Origin: Candidatus Parcubacteria bacterium
Lineage (GTDB): Bacteria; Patescibacteriota; Microgenomatia; UBA12405
NCBI GenBank assembly: GCA_023443725.1
Contig: JAEZTF010000007.1
Location: 103,846 to 167,845 of the forward strand
Reading direction: 5' to 3'
Length of the DNA stretch: 64,000 bases
In this document: positions 27,889-37,001 of the stretch, piece after piece
Layout: each line of letters begins with the position of its first letter
How positions within the stretch are numbered: position 1 is the first letter of the stretch
Notes under the pieces: generated by a model
Databases searched by the model: none
The model's input: only the letters and a program-made list of their open reading frames with translations
Told to the model about the DNA's origin: nothing
Translations under genes and position numbers: made by a program

Positions 27889-28341
27889 TTACTTCTCTTC
27901 AGCCCTCCTAGCCTTCAAAAACAAATAATCAGACAACCTATTAAAATATTCCAAAACTTTTTCATCTTGTTTTTCTTGATTATCCAAAGCTACTATTCTT
28001 CTCTCTAATCTTCTAGCTACAGTTCTTGCCCAATTTAAATTTAAAGCTTTTTTGTTTTTAAATCTTAAAAATTGTTTTAGCTCAGACAATTCTTTTTCTA
28101 ATTTGTCAATTTCTTTTTCTAAAAATAAAACTTTTTTACCAATATCAACTTCACTATTACATCCAATTTTACCCATTAATTGAAACAAATCATCAACTAT
28201 TAATTCTTCTCCTCCAATCAATTCTAATATTGATTGGAGTTCATCAATAGTACCCACAACTTCAACCAACAAAGAGTCTTTGGAAACTCTTTTGTTTCCA
28301 CAGATTGTTTGACCTTTATCTCCTTGTTTGGTTGTAATCAT
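27889..28341 (-). CDS. ATP:cob(I)alamin adenosyltransferase, PduO/MMAB type
   Basis: N-terminal TKQGDKGQT...SKDSLLVEVVGTIDELQS matches the PduO-family signature (T-GDxGxT ... RVEAxGT-DEL-S). Confidence 0.65.
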   Translation of the reverse strand: MITTKQGDKGQTICGNKRVSKDSLLVEVVGTIDELQSILELIGGEELIVDDLFQLMGKIGCNSEVDIGKKVLFLEKEIDKLEKELSELKQFLRFKNKKALNLNWARTVARRLERRIVALDNQEKQDEKVLEYFNRLSDYLFLKARRAEEK

Positions 28342-28347
28342 ATTTTT

Positions 28348-30789
28348 TTAACTACATTTAGAATAGCCACAAAAAACATTAGTACACTTAAAACAACCTT
28401 CTTCAGCTCGAAGTGGTGATCCACAATCAGGACAAGCTCCAAATTTACTTTCTGCCTGATTCATTTCTTCACTAATTTTAGAAACATCTATATGTGATAA
28501 TCCCTCTTCGTCTTTAAACATACTTAATTGTTCACCTTTAGAAATTTCCAGGACAGATTTTCCCACTGCATCAAACATACTCAATACAGCTCCATTTCCC
28601 ATCCCCACTTTTTGACCACAAGAAATTCCAATTAATTCGCCAGAGATTTCATCTAAAGTTGCTCCATATTTCAATGCTAAAGATGCCAATCTTCCAGTTA
28701 CCTCAGCCGATGCAGCTAAATAACCACCAGACTTACCTAAGTTTACAAACACTTCCACTGGACCATCACCTTCTTCATAAAAAATTGATGTATAAACACT
28801 ACCCACGTCACATTTTTTCTTTACTCTAATTCCACTAGCAACAATCGGGGTAGGTTTTTTCTTTGGTAAACAATTAATTTCTTTTTCTTCTGCTTTATTT
28901 TCCTTATCTTTAACTTTTTGTAATGGTTCAAAAGATCTTGATCCGCTTCTATAAATAGTTATTCCTTTGGTACCCAAAGAATAACTTAATCTGTAAGCAT
29001 CTCTGACATCATTTATTGTTGCGGTCTCTGGTAAATTAATTGTTTTTGAAACCGCATTATCTGTATATTCTTGAAAAGCAGCTTGAACTTTTATATGCCA
29101 TTCAGGATCAATTTCCAAAGCAGTAATAAAAATCTTTTTAAAATCCTCAGGAATTTCTTCTATATCTTTAAGCATTCCTCCATTCTTAACAATTTTTTCG
29201 ACCAATTCTTCAGAATAAATTCCTCTTTTCTTTAGTTCCTCTAATAATACTGGATTAACGCTATAAAGAGTTTTACCTTCAACCGTATTTTTTTGATAAC
29301 CCAGAGAAAATACTGGTTCAATTCCCGAACTAGTATCGGCAATCATACTAATTGTTCCAGTTGGTGCAATTGTGGTTAATGCCATATTTCGTGGTCGATA
29401 ATCAGTGTTTGCATAAACACTTTTTTCCCACCATGGAAAAACACCTCTTGTTTTAGCTAATTCTACTGTTGCCTCTTTAGCCGTCTCAGTAATAAACTTC
29501 ATTATTTTCTTTGCCCATTCCAAACCTTGATCAGAATTATATTGAACCCCCAATTTAAATAAAGCATCAGCAAATCCCATTATTCCCAGACCAATTCTTC
29601 GAGTATTGCTCACCATTTCTCTAATTTTTTGCACCGGAAATTGATTAATTTCTACTACATTGTCTAAAAAATGAACTCCAGCAAAAACTGCTTTTTTTAA
29701 TTCCTCCCAATCTAAATCTTTTTCTTTAACAAATTTTGCCAAATTTATTGAACCCAAATTACAAGCATCGTAAGGTAAAAGTGGTTGTTCCCCACAAGGA
29801 TTAGTTGCCTCAATTCTTCCCATAGCTGGTACTGGATTGGAACTTGGAGCATTCATTCGATCAATAAAAACTAATCCTGGATCACCATATTGCCAAGCCA
29901 AACGAGTCACCAAATTAAATACTTTATAAGCATTTAATTTCATTTTCACTTTTCCATCTCTTGGGTTTATTAATTCATAACCTTCACCCTTATCTTCTTG
30001 AGTAGCTATTGCCCAATCGTATAATTTTTTTACCCCAACTTCTATTTGTCTTAACCTCTCGTCTGCACTTCTAATCCCTTCAGCCAATCTAATTTCTTCA
30101 ACTACATCTTCCGGAATATTATCATTTTCCACAAACATTTTATCTTCATCAATTTTTTTCATGAAAGCATCGGTTACTGCCAAAGAAATATTGAAATTAG
30201 TCAAACTCCATTCATCTAATTTCACTACTGCAAATCTCAATACATCTGGATGATGAATGCTAAGCATTCCCATATTTGCCCCCCGTCGAACTCCACCTTG
30301 TTTTATTTGAGCTGTTACATCATTGTAAGCTTGCATAAAACTAACTGGTCCCACTGTAGTACCACCACTTGATTTAATATAGTCACCATAAGGTCGCAAT
30401 TTCGAAAAAGAAAAACCTGTTCCACCACCAGATTTGTGAATCATAGCCATATTTGACATAGTTTCCAATATTGATTCCATCGAATCTTCCACTGGCAATA
30501 CAAAACATGCCGAAAGTTGTTGTTTGGCTTTTCCTGCATTTACTAAACAAGGTGTGTTTGGCATAAATTTTTGCTCTGCCATTAAACCATAAAAACTCAA
30601 GGCTAATTCATTTGTTTGCTCCTCAGTTTTTCCAAAATTTATATCACCTTTAGCTACATTACTCGCCACCCGCCAAAAGATATCGGAAACTTTTTCATAA
30701 GCCTTCCCTTCTTCATCCTTTTGGGAATACCTAGTTTCTGCAATATATTTTGCATTTTCTGATAATTGTGGTTCGATTAAATCTCTCAT
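28348..30789 (-). CDS. nrdJ: adenosylcobalamin-dependent (class II) ribonucleotide reductase
   Basis: 813 aa. Class II NrdJ-like core including NPCGEQPLLPYDACNLGSINLAKF, plus a C-terminal zinc ribbon CPDCGS...CFKC. Confidence 0.9.
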   Translation of the reverse strand: MRDLIEPQLSENAKYIAETRYSQKDEEGKAYEKVSDIFWRVASNVAKGDINFGKTEEQTNELALSFYGLMAEQKFMPNTPCLVNAGKAKQQLSACFVLPVEDSMESILETMSNMAMIHKSGGGTGFSFSKLRPYGDYIKSSGGTTVGPVSFMQAYNDVTAQIKQGGVRRGANMGMLSIHHPDVLRFAVVKLDEWSLTNFNISLAVTDAFMKKIDEDKMFVENDNIPEDVVEEIRLAEGIRSADERLRQIEVGVKKLYDWAIATQEDKGEGYELINPRDGKVKMKLNAYKVFNLVTRLAWQYGDPGLVFIDRMNAPSSNPVPAMGRIEATNPCGEQPLLPYDACNLGSINLAKFVKEKDLDWEELKKAVFAGVHFLDNVVEINQFPVQKIREMVSNTRRIGLGIMGFADALFKLGVQYNSDQGLEWAKKIMKFITETAKEATVELAKTRGVFPWWEKSVYANTDYRPRNMALTTIAPTGTISMIADTSSGIEPVFSLGYQKNTVEGKTLYSVNPVLLEELKKRGIYSEELVEKIVKNGGMLKDIEEIPEDFKKIFITALEIDPEWHIKVQAAFQEYTDNAVSKTINLPETATINDVRDAYRLSYSLGTKGITIYRSGSRSFEPLQKVKDKENKAEEKEINCLPKKKPTPIVASGIRVKKKCDVGSVYTSIFYEEGDGPVEVFVNLGKSGGYLAASAEVTGRLASLALKYGATLDEISGELIGISCGQKVGMGNGAVLSMFDAVGKSVLEISKGEQLSMFKDEEGLSHIDVSKISEEMNQAESKFGACPDCGSPLRAEEGCFKCTNVFCGYSKCS

Positions 30790-31229
30790 TTTTTAAAATC
30801 AACTAATAATTTTTCAAAATCTTTTATAGATTCAATATCTAAATAAACTGTGGCAAATCTCACATATGCTAATGGGTCAACTTTTTTTAATTTTTCCATA
30901 ATCATTTTGCCAATTTCTTTAGAAGGAATTTCTACACTTTGCCAATTTAATAATTTCTTTTCAATCTCATCAACTATTTCTTCTCTTTCATCGACACTCA
31001 CTCGCCAACAAGCTTTTTCTAAACATTTTTCCAACTTAGCTCGGCTATAATCTTCTACTCTACCTGATTTTTTCAAAACTTTTAAATTAATATTTTCCAC
31101 TCTTTCATAAGTTGTAAATCTTTTTTTACAACTAATACACTCCCGTCGTCGTCTAGTTGCTTTTCCATCTTCAGCTTCTCGACTCTCCAAAACATTAGAC
31201 TCATCCTTACCACAATATGGACATAACAT
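30786..31229 (-). CDS. nrdR: transcriptional repressor NrdR
   Basis: MLCPYCGKDESNVLESRE zinc ribbon followed by an ATP-cone. Confidence 0.9.
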   Translation of the reverse strand: MLCPYCGKDESNVLESREAEDGKATRRRRECISCKKRFTTYERVENINLKVLKKSGRVEDYSRAKLEKCLEKACWRVSVDEREEIVDEIEKKLLNWQSVEIPSKEIGKMIMEKLKKVDPLAYVRFATVYLDIESIKDFEKLLVDFKK

Positions 31230-31274
31230 AATTTTTTTTGAAAAAATTCAGTAAATTTTAATTTTTAATACTAT

Positions 31275-31325
31275 CCACTATCTATAGTGGCTGTGTTTCA
31301 TCATACCCACCACCTATAGAACGGG
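31275..31325 (-). promoter_or_regulatory. tandem NrdR-box-like operator upstream of nrdR-nrdJ
   Basis: CCACTATCTATAGTGG (7-bp inverted arms) at 31275-31290 and a weaker CACCTATAGAACGGG-type site about 32 bp away centre to centre. Confidence 0.5.
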
Positions 31326-31416
31326 TCAATAATATAAACCATATCAAATTTTTTATCTGCAACAATTCCGCGGTGAAATTACTTTTATAAAGATATTTTT
31401 TAGTTTAAAATGAGTT

Positions 31417-32391
31417 ATGAGTGAAGGAACAACAGAACTTTGGCATATACCAACTCTTGATAATACAGAACCAAAAGACGATCGTCTTAAAATTAAAAAT
31501 AGTTTAAGAAAAGCTACCGATGAGGATCTTTGGCATGTGCCCACTTTTGCCAAAGACCCAGAAGTTCAAAATAATCCGGAAGTAAACAAGGATAACTCCT
31601 CTTTCGTTTGTGCTGCTACTTTAAATATTGAAGGTGATGAAGATGCCCCTCCAATCGCCAAAAAAATAACCGAATCTACTAGCCTTATTTTTGTTGCTGA
31701 TGGCATGGGTGGTTCCGGAGCCAGACGAATCGAAACTGGTAAAACTACAGCCTATTATGGTTCAAGAGCCGCTCGAGAAGGTATCTCTTCACTTTCAACA
31801 TCAGATTTTAATCAAGATTTATCATCTATCAAAAGGACAGTAGAAAGTTCTTTTGCCAGATCATTTTCATCTTTACCTAAAGTTCCAGAAAGTATTATTA
31901 AATCAAAATTAATAAAAGATTATCCTACAACCGTTTCCACCGCTGTCCTTACAGAAGAAAAAGATAGTAAATCAGTTAAACTATTATGGACAGGAGACTC
32001 TCCCATTTTTATTTTTACTCCAGAAGCAATTTATACTACCTCCACTCCTGAATCAGGAGATGCTCCAACATCTTCTATTTATCGTGATCATTATCATCTT
32101 GATTCACAGGAATTAACTTTCAAAAAAGACACTCCAATTATGGTTGTTGCTACTTCCGATGGCCTTTTAAAAATGGGAGGAGACACAATTGGTACTGCTA
32201 TTAGATTTATTTTAAGAAATACCAAAGACACTGATCCCTCAACGATCTCTCAACAAATGACTGATTATTATCAACAATTAAAAAGTCGACATCAAATAGA
32301 ATTAGACGACACTACTATCGCCCTGGCAACTTCAGGAGATATATCTAAATTACGAGCAGAAGTTCCTGTCAGACTTATTAATCCAAAATAA
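31417..32391 (+). CDS. PP2C-family (PPM) phosphatase-like protein with duplicated N-terminal LWH(I/V)PT motif (GC-richer)
   Basis: FVADGMGG, VVATSDGLLKMGG and C-terminal DDTTIALAT motifs resemble PP2C motifs 1, 8 and 11. Two N-terminal ELWHIPT/DLWHVPT repeats. Confidence 0.5.
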   Translation: MSEGTTELWHIPTLDNTEPKDDRLKIKNSLRKATDEDLWHVPTFAKDPEVQNNPEVNKDNSSFVCAATLNIEGDEDAPPIAKKITESTSLIFVADGMGGSGARRIETGKTTAYYGSRAAREGISSLSTSDFNQDLSSIKRTVESSFARSFSSLPKVPESIIKSKLIKDYPTTVSTAVLTEEKDSKSVKLLWTGDSPIFIFTPEAIYTTSTPESGDAPTSSIYRDHYHLDSQELTFKKDTPIMVVATSDGLLKMGGDTIGTAIRFILRNTKDTDPSTISQQMTDYYQQLKSRHQIELDDTTIALATSGDISKLRAEVPVRLINPK

Positions 32392-32455
32392 AAGCGCTTA
32401 AAAACAAATCTTTCCTAAATTAGGAAAAATCTATCTTCAAGCGCCAAGCACTTTC

Positions 32456-33052
32456 TTAACCTTGAGTATCAATTCTCTTTTGTCTTGTCATTAAAATTGG
32501 CATGATGTCTTTTTGAACATTAGCTTCAATTCCTGTAACATCTCCACCTATGTCGGAAACATCTCCAGAAAACGAGCCATGAATTCTTAAAATATCTCGC
32601 CAACTTCCCTCTATACAACCATAAAGACCGGTGAAATCACCAGAAGCTTCAGAGATATATCCTTCAAGACGAGGATCTAGTACTCCAAAACATCCTTTGA
32701 TGTTACCACGAAGTTTGGGACCGATCAGCCCGACCAAATCTTGAGTAAAGAGGCCGTTCAGATTCGAAATACAACCAGCTAAGTGTGAAGAAATCACCCC
32801 TTTAATATGCAGGGCATCTCCCCAAACTGTTTTTGAGTAAATAATTAAACCATTCGGATCCTGGTTCCTGATATTCATATCTTCTTTTTGAACCATTTCC
32901 CAAATTACTCCAACTTGGTCATATAATTTGCTCAAAAACTCCTCCCTTCTTCTCTTTTTTTCTTCAGCTGGAAACAAATACAACTGATTCAAGATTTTCC
33001 TTTGCATTTCATCGGACAACATTTTTATCACTCCTTTCAAAGTACTTTTCAA
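32456..33052 (-). CDS. hypothetical protein with Gly-punctuated beta-helix-like repeat region (GC-richer)
   Basis: C-terminal half has repeating G-x-(I/V/F)-x-G units (GDFTGLYGCIEG...GSFSGDVSDIGGDVTGIE), as in bactofilin or hexapeptide-type beta-helices. Assignment uncertain. Confidence 0.3.
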   Translation of the reverse strand: MKSTLKGVIKMLSDEMQRKILNQLYLFPAEEKKRRREEFLSKLYDQVGVIWEMVQKEDMNIRNQDPNGLIIYSKTVWGDALHIKGVISSHLAGCISNLNGLFTQDLVGLIGPKLRGNIKGCFGVLDPRLEGYISEASGDFTGLYGCIEGSWRDILRIHGSFSGDVSDIGGDVTGIEANVQKDIMPILMTRQKRIDTQG

Positions 33053-33113
33053 TCATATTATAACAATAATCATCAATAGGCAGAAAAAACCAAATCCTTG
33101 CTATAATACTTCT

Positions 33114-33299
33114 ATGAAAAAAGTCATAAACTTCTTCAAAGAAGTCATGGTTGAATTTAAAAATATAACTTGGCCTAAAAAAGATACTTTAATTCAGCTT
33201 ACAATTGTGGTAATATCAATCTCAATTATAATCTCCCTAATTTTGGGGGGTTTTGATTATCTATTTACTCAAGGTATTGCCCTCTTAGGTAATCTTTAA
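33114..33299 (+). CDS. secE: preprotein translocase subunit SecE
   Basis: 61 aa with a single TM helix. Positioned directly upstream of nusG. Confidence 0.8.
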   Translation: MKKVINFFKEVMVEFKNITWPKKDTLIQLTIVVISISIIISLILGGFDYLFTQGIALLGNL

Positions 33300-33314
33300 A
33301 AAAAAATTAAAAAT

Positions 33315-33911
33315 ATGCCAAAAACTTCTAATAAAACTAATCAAAAAGAGTTTCTTTTTAAACTCTCCCCTATAGAACCTAGTATTGATGCCGCTTGGTA
33401 CGTCGTCAACACTTACTCTGGTCATGAATACAAAGCTATTGAAGCTCTTAAAACTCGTATCAAAACTATGGGTTTGGAAGATCAAATTTTTCAAGCTATC
33501 GTTCCAATTCAACCAAAAATGATCATTCGTCGTGGTCAAAAAGTTAAATCTCAGGAAAAAACTTTTCCCGGTTATGTTTTGATTCAGATGGTTTTAAATG
33601 ACGATTCCTGGATTACTGTTCGTACTACTCAAGGTGTTACTGGATTTATTGGTATCGACAATACTCCTAGTCCTCTTTCTCAAAAAGAAGTTGACAAAAT
33701 TCTTAAAAACACTGAAGATGACAAACCAAAATACGAAACTCCATTCTCTATTGGTGATGTTGTCAAAATTACTAATGGACCATTTGCTGATTTCATCGGT
33801 ACTATCGATAGTATTGACCAAGAAAAAGGTAAAATCCGTTGTCTTGTCTCTTTCTTTGAAAGAGAAACTCCTGTCGAACTCGACTTTTTACAAGTTACTA
33901 AAGAGTTATAA
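33315..33911 (+). CDS. nusG: transcription termination/antitermination factor NusG
   Basis: N-terminal WYVVNTYSGHE and a C-terminal KOW motif GDVVKITNGPFADFIGTI. Confidence 0.9.
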   Translation: MPKTSNKTNQKEFLFKLSPIEPSIDAAWYVVNTYSGHEYKAIEALKTRIKTMGLEDQIFQAIVPIQPKMIIRRGQKVKSQEKTFPGYVLIQMVLNDDSWITVRTTQGVTGFIGIDNTPSPLSQKEVDKILKNTEDDKPKYETPFSIGDVVKITNGPFADFIGTIDSIDQEKGKIRCLVSFFERETPVELDFLQVTKEL

Positions 33912-33964
33912 AAACTTAGTGCTCCCAAAAAGAGGCTTCTCACTAAATTTTTTCTAAAAAAAAT

Positions 33965-34390
33965 ATGCCAAAAAAAATAAAAACAATTGTTAAAATCGCT
34001 ATTCAAGCGGGTAGTGCTAATCCAGCTCCTCCAGTAGGTACAGCTTTAGGTCCTCATGGTATTAAAATCATGGATTTCTGTAATGAATTCAATGAAAAAA
34101 CTAAAGATCAAAGAGGTTCAGTTATTCCAGCAGTCGTTACTATTTATGAAGATCGTTCTTTTGATTTCATAATTAAAAAACCACCTGTTTCAGACATGAT
34201 CAAAAAAATGTCTGGTGTTCAAAAAGGTGCTGGTACCACTGGTAAAGAAAAAGTCGGTAAACTTACTATGGCTCAAGTTGAAGAAATTGCCAAAAATAAG
34301 ATGTCCGATTTAAATACTAAAGATTTAGAAGCTGCCAAAAGATCAGTTATGGGTACCGCTAAATCCATGGGTATTGAAATAATAAATTAA
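33965..34390 (+). CDS. rplK: 50S ribosomal protein L11
   Basis: KIAIQAGSANPAPPVGTALGPHGIKIMDFCNEFN. Confidence 0.95.
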   Translation: MPKKIKTIVKIAIQAGSANPAPPVGTALGPHGIKIMDFCNEFNEKTKDQRGSVIPAVVTIYEDRSFDFIIKKPPVSDMIKKMSGVQKGAGTTGKEKVGKLTMAQVEEIAKNKMSDLNTKDLEAAKRSVMGTAKSMGIEIIN

Positions 34391-34528
34391 ACCCTCCTGT
34401 TCTGCTTTGCAGAACTTCCTCCCTTAAAAAAAGGAGGCTTAAATAGTTGCCCTTTTTAAGGGAAATGTCACGAAGTGACAAAGGGTTTTTAAAAAAATTA
34501 TTAATTATAAATTTAAAAAATAAAAAAT
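34391..34528 (+). promoter_or_regulatory. structured intergenic leader between rplK and rplA (candidate L1 autoregulatory site)
   Basis: Four consecutive hairpins: GTTCTGC-TTT-GCAGAAC, CCTCC...GGAGG, CCCTT...AAGGG and TGTCAC-GAA-GTGACA. Confidence 0.35.
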
Positions 34529-35275
34529 ATGAGCAAAACCTCACAAGAAAATAAGGCTAAAAAAGCCAAACAAGAAAGTGTGGAAGTTCAAGATCAAGAA
34601 CTTGAACAAAAGGCCGTAACTGAAGAAACCACTGCCGAGTCAGAAACTTCAGAAGCTACCGAAACCCACAAAGTTAAAACTGCCAAAGTTAGGGGCAAAA
34701 AATATCAAGCTGCTAAAAAGCTGATTGATGTTACCAAATATTATCCCCTTTCAGAAGCTGTTCAATTAGTTAAAAAAACTTCTATTTCTAAATTTGAAGG
34801 TAAAGTTGAAGCCCATGTCACTATTGCTGACATTGGCAATGTTGGTGAAATTAGCTTTCCTCATTTAGAAACTGCTAGTAAAAAAGTCGTTGTTTTAAAC
34901 GATACTATTTTAGCTGAGATCAAGGAAGGTCAAATTAATTTTGATATTCTTATTGCCACTCCAGCTACTATGCCAAAACTTCTTCCTTTGGCTCGTGTTT
35001 TAGGTCCAAAAGGTTTAATGCCAAATCCAAAAAATGGTACTCTTACTGACAAACCAGAAGAGTCAGTCAAAAGATTATCCGCTGCTAAAACAGTAGTTAA
35101 AACTGAAAAGAAAGCTCCTATCGTTCATATTTTAGTTGGAAAAATTTCTCAACCAGAAGCTGAACTCGAAGCCAATGTAGCCGAATTAATCAAAGTCATC
35201 AAAGCTAATAAAATCAAGAAATTAGCTCTTTGTGCTACCATGGGTCCATGTGTCAAAGTCGAAGTTACTAAATAA
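34529..35275 (+). CDS. rplA: 50S ribosomal protein L1 with acidic N-terminal extension
   Basis: L1 core beginning KVRGKKYQAAKKLIDVTKYYPLSEAVQLVKK, preceded by about 50 aa of E/T/S-rich extension. Confidence 0.9.
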   Translation: MSKTSQENKAKKAKQESVEVQDQELEQKAVTEETTAESETSEATETHKVKTAKVRGKKYQAAKKLIDVTKYYPLSEAVQLVKKTSISKFEGKVEAHVTIADIGNVGEISFPHLETASKKVVVLNDTILAEIKEGQINFDILIATPATMPKLLPLARVLGPKGLMPNPKNGTLTDKPEESVKRLSAAKTVVKTEKKAPIVHILVGKISQPEAELEANVAELIKVIKANKIKKLALCATMGPCVKVEVTK

Positions 35276-35292
35276 TTTTTTTAAAATCTCAA

Positions 35293-35319
35293 AACCTCCC
35301 AAGCATGGGAGGTTTTTTG
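35293..35319 (+). terminator. rho-independent terminator of rplA
   Basis: ACCTCCCA-AGCA-TGGGAGGT followed by T6. Confidence 0.7.
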
Positions 35320-35394
35320 TTAATAAAATTTTCCAAAAAAAATACCGTATTTCACACATCTTGTGTTAATACGGTATTACCGAAGCTCTTTTGT

Positions 35395-35907
35395 TTAGTT
35401 TTGATCAATTGGATCGGAATAAGTGAGTTTTAAAAATTCTGAGTACTGTTCATCGGTCATGGATATAGTCACCATTTTAGAACAATACTCAATAATCTCA
35501 TTATAGGCAAGTGGGGAAGCATCCAAATCACCAAGCCCATATTCAAAAAGGCTTAGGTTAAAATTGACAGTCAATTTGTCACCAGTTGCTGTTTTTACTC
35601 TTTGAAATTCACTTGCCGGAATCTCGCAAATATAACTGTATCCATCGCGGCTCATCCATGAAAATCTGATGATAGTCTGACTTTTACCTTCCAAACTACC
35701 GCTCAAAAAAACAAAACTTCCAGCAATATTATCACCTTCATAAGCATCCAGTGCTAATATTGGTAAATCTCCGCCGATATTGCTCATTATTTCTGTCTTA
35801 GTAAGTTCATCATTACGACTTTCAATAGAACCACAAACAATCGCAATACCAAAGACGAAGATCAACGCCACTACTACCCAAAACCAGACCCACTTCTCTT
35901 TGTTCAT
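35395..35907 (-). CDS. hypothetical N-terminally membrane-anchored protein (GC-richer)
   Basis: TM helix WVWFWVVVALIFVFGIAIV, then a soluble domain. No match recognised. Confidence 0.4.
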   Translation of the reverse strand: MNKEKWVWFWVVVALIFVFGIAIVCGSIESRNDELTKTEIMSNIGGDLPILALDAYEGDNIAGSFVFLSGSLEGKSQTIIRFSWMSRDGYSYICEIPASEFQRVKTATGDKLTVNFNLSLFEYGLGDLDASPLAYNEIIEYCSKMVTISMTDEQYSEFLKLTYSDPIDQN

Positions 35908-36048
35908 TTAAAACACCTTTCCTTTATTCAAATTAGTCACCTAAACTGTCAAAGATCTATATTTAAAATTTGAAAATGCTATATTTTCAAACATTTTTTA
36001 AATTGGCTAATTATATCAAAAAAAGTCAAAAAATCAACATTATAGGTT

Positions 36049-36969
36049 TTATTCCAAACCTAACTCAATCATTTTATCTAATAACTGACTATAACTTATA
36101 CCAGCACTTTTTGCCTCTTTGGGCAAAAGTGAATTTGGTGTCATTCCTGGGATCGTATTTATTTCCAAAATCACCGGTCTTTCTCCATTTACAATAAAAT
36201 CCACTCTGGCCATTCCCCTACCATTTATTAATTTAAAAACTTTTAAAGAATAATCTTGAATTTTTTTTGTTATTTCTTTTGATAATCTAGCCGGCACTAT
36301 CTCTTCACATTTTCCCAATTTATATTTGGCCTCATAATCAAAGAAATTATTTTTGGGACAAATTTCTATCACTGGCAAAGCCATTACATTTTTATTTCCC
36401 AATAAACCACATGACACTTCAATTCCAGGCACAAATTCTTCTATCAAAACTCTATCATCAAATTTAAAGGCCAACTCCAAAGCCATATCTAATTTTTCTA
36501 AACTATCAACAATGCTTACTCCAACACTTGATCCTTGAGTTGCCGGTTTTGTTATCCATTTTTCTCCCAATATTTTTACTCGATCCAAATCGACAAGTTC
36601 ATTTTTCTTTACTTCAATTCCTTTTGGTATTGGCAAACCATTTTCTTCCATTAATTTCTTAAATCTCGACTTATCTATGCCAATTGCCGATGCTTTTGAT
36701 CCACACCCTACAAATTTTATTCCCTCATCTTCCAATATTTTTTGAACTGTCCCATCTTCTCCAATTCCACCATGAATTATTATAAAAACTACATCTGGAC
36801 TTATTTCTTTTATCTTTTTTATATCCAAACATCCATTTTCAACAACCATTGAATCAATCTCATATTTCTCTTGATCAAAATTTCTTAAAACTTCTTTTCC
36901 AGAAGACAATGAAACTTCATGTTCCGTTCCCCCACCACCCATCAAAACCAAAATCTTCTTTTTTTTCAT
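36049..36969 (-). CDS. ddl: D-alanine--D-alanine ligase
   Basis: N-terminal KILVLMGGGGTEHEVSLSSG and ATP-grasp C-terminal motifs. Confidence 0.9.
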   Translation of the reverse strand: MKKKKILVLMGGGGTEHEVSLSSGKEVLRNFDQEKYEIDSMVVENGCLDIKKIKEISPDVVFIIIHGGIGEDGTVQKILEDEGIKFVGCGSKASAIGIDKSRFKKLMEENGLPIPKGIEVKKNELVDLDRVKILGEKWITKPATQGSSVGVSIVDSLEKLDMALELAFKFDDRVLIEEFVPGIEVSCGLLGNKNVMALPVIEICPKNNFFDYEAKYKLGKCEEIVPARLSKEITKKIQDYSLKVFKLINGRGMARVDFIVNGERPVILEINTIPGMTPNSLLPKEAKSAGISYSQLLDKMIELGLE

Positions 36970-37001
36970 CTTAGATCTATTTTAACTGATAAAATACATT
37001 A

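Noticed and set aside
33594-34006. Several ORFs (75, 119 and 108 aa) overlapping nusG on both strands
   Set aside because: They are low-complexity, Lys/Leu-rich translations of the AT-rich nusG sequence. nusG itself is unambiguous.
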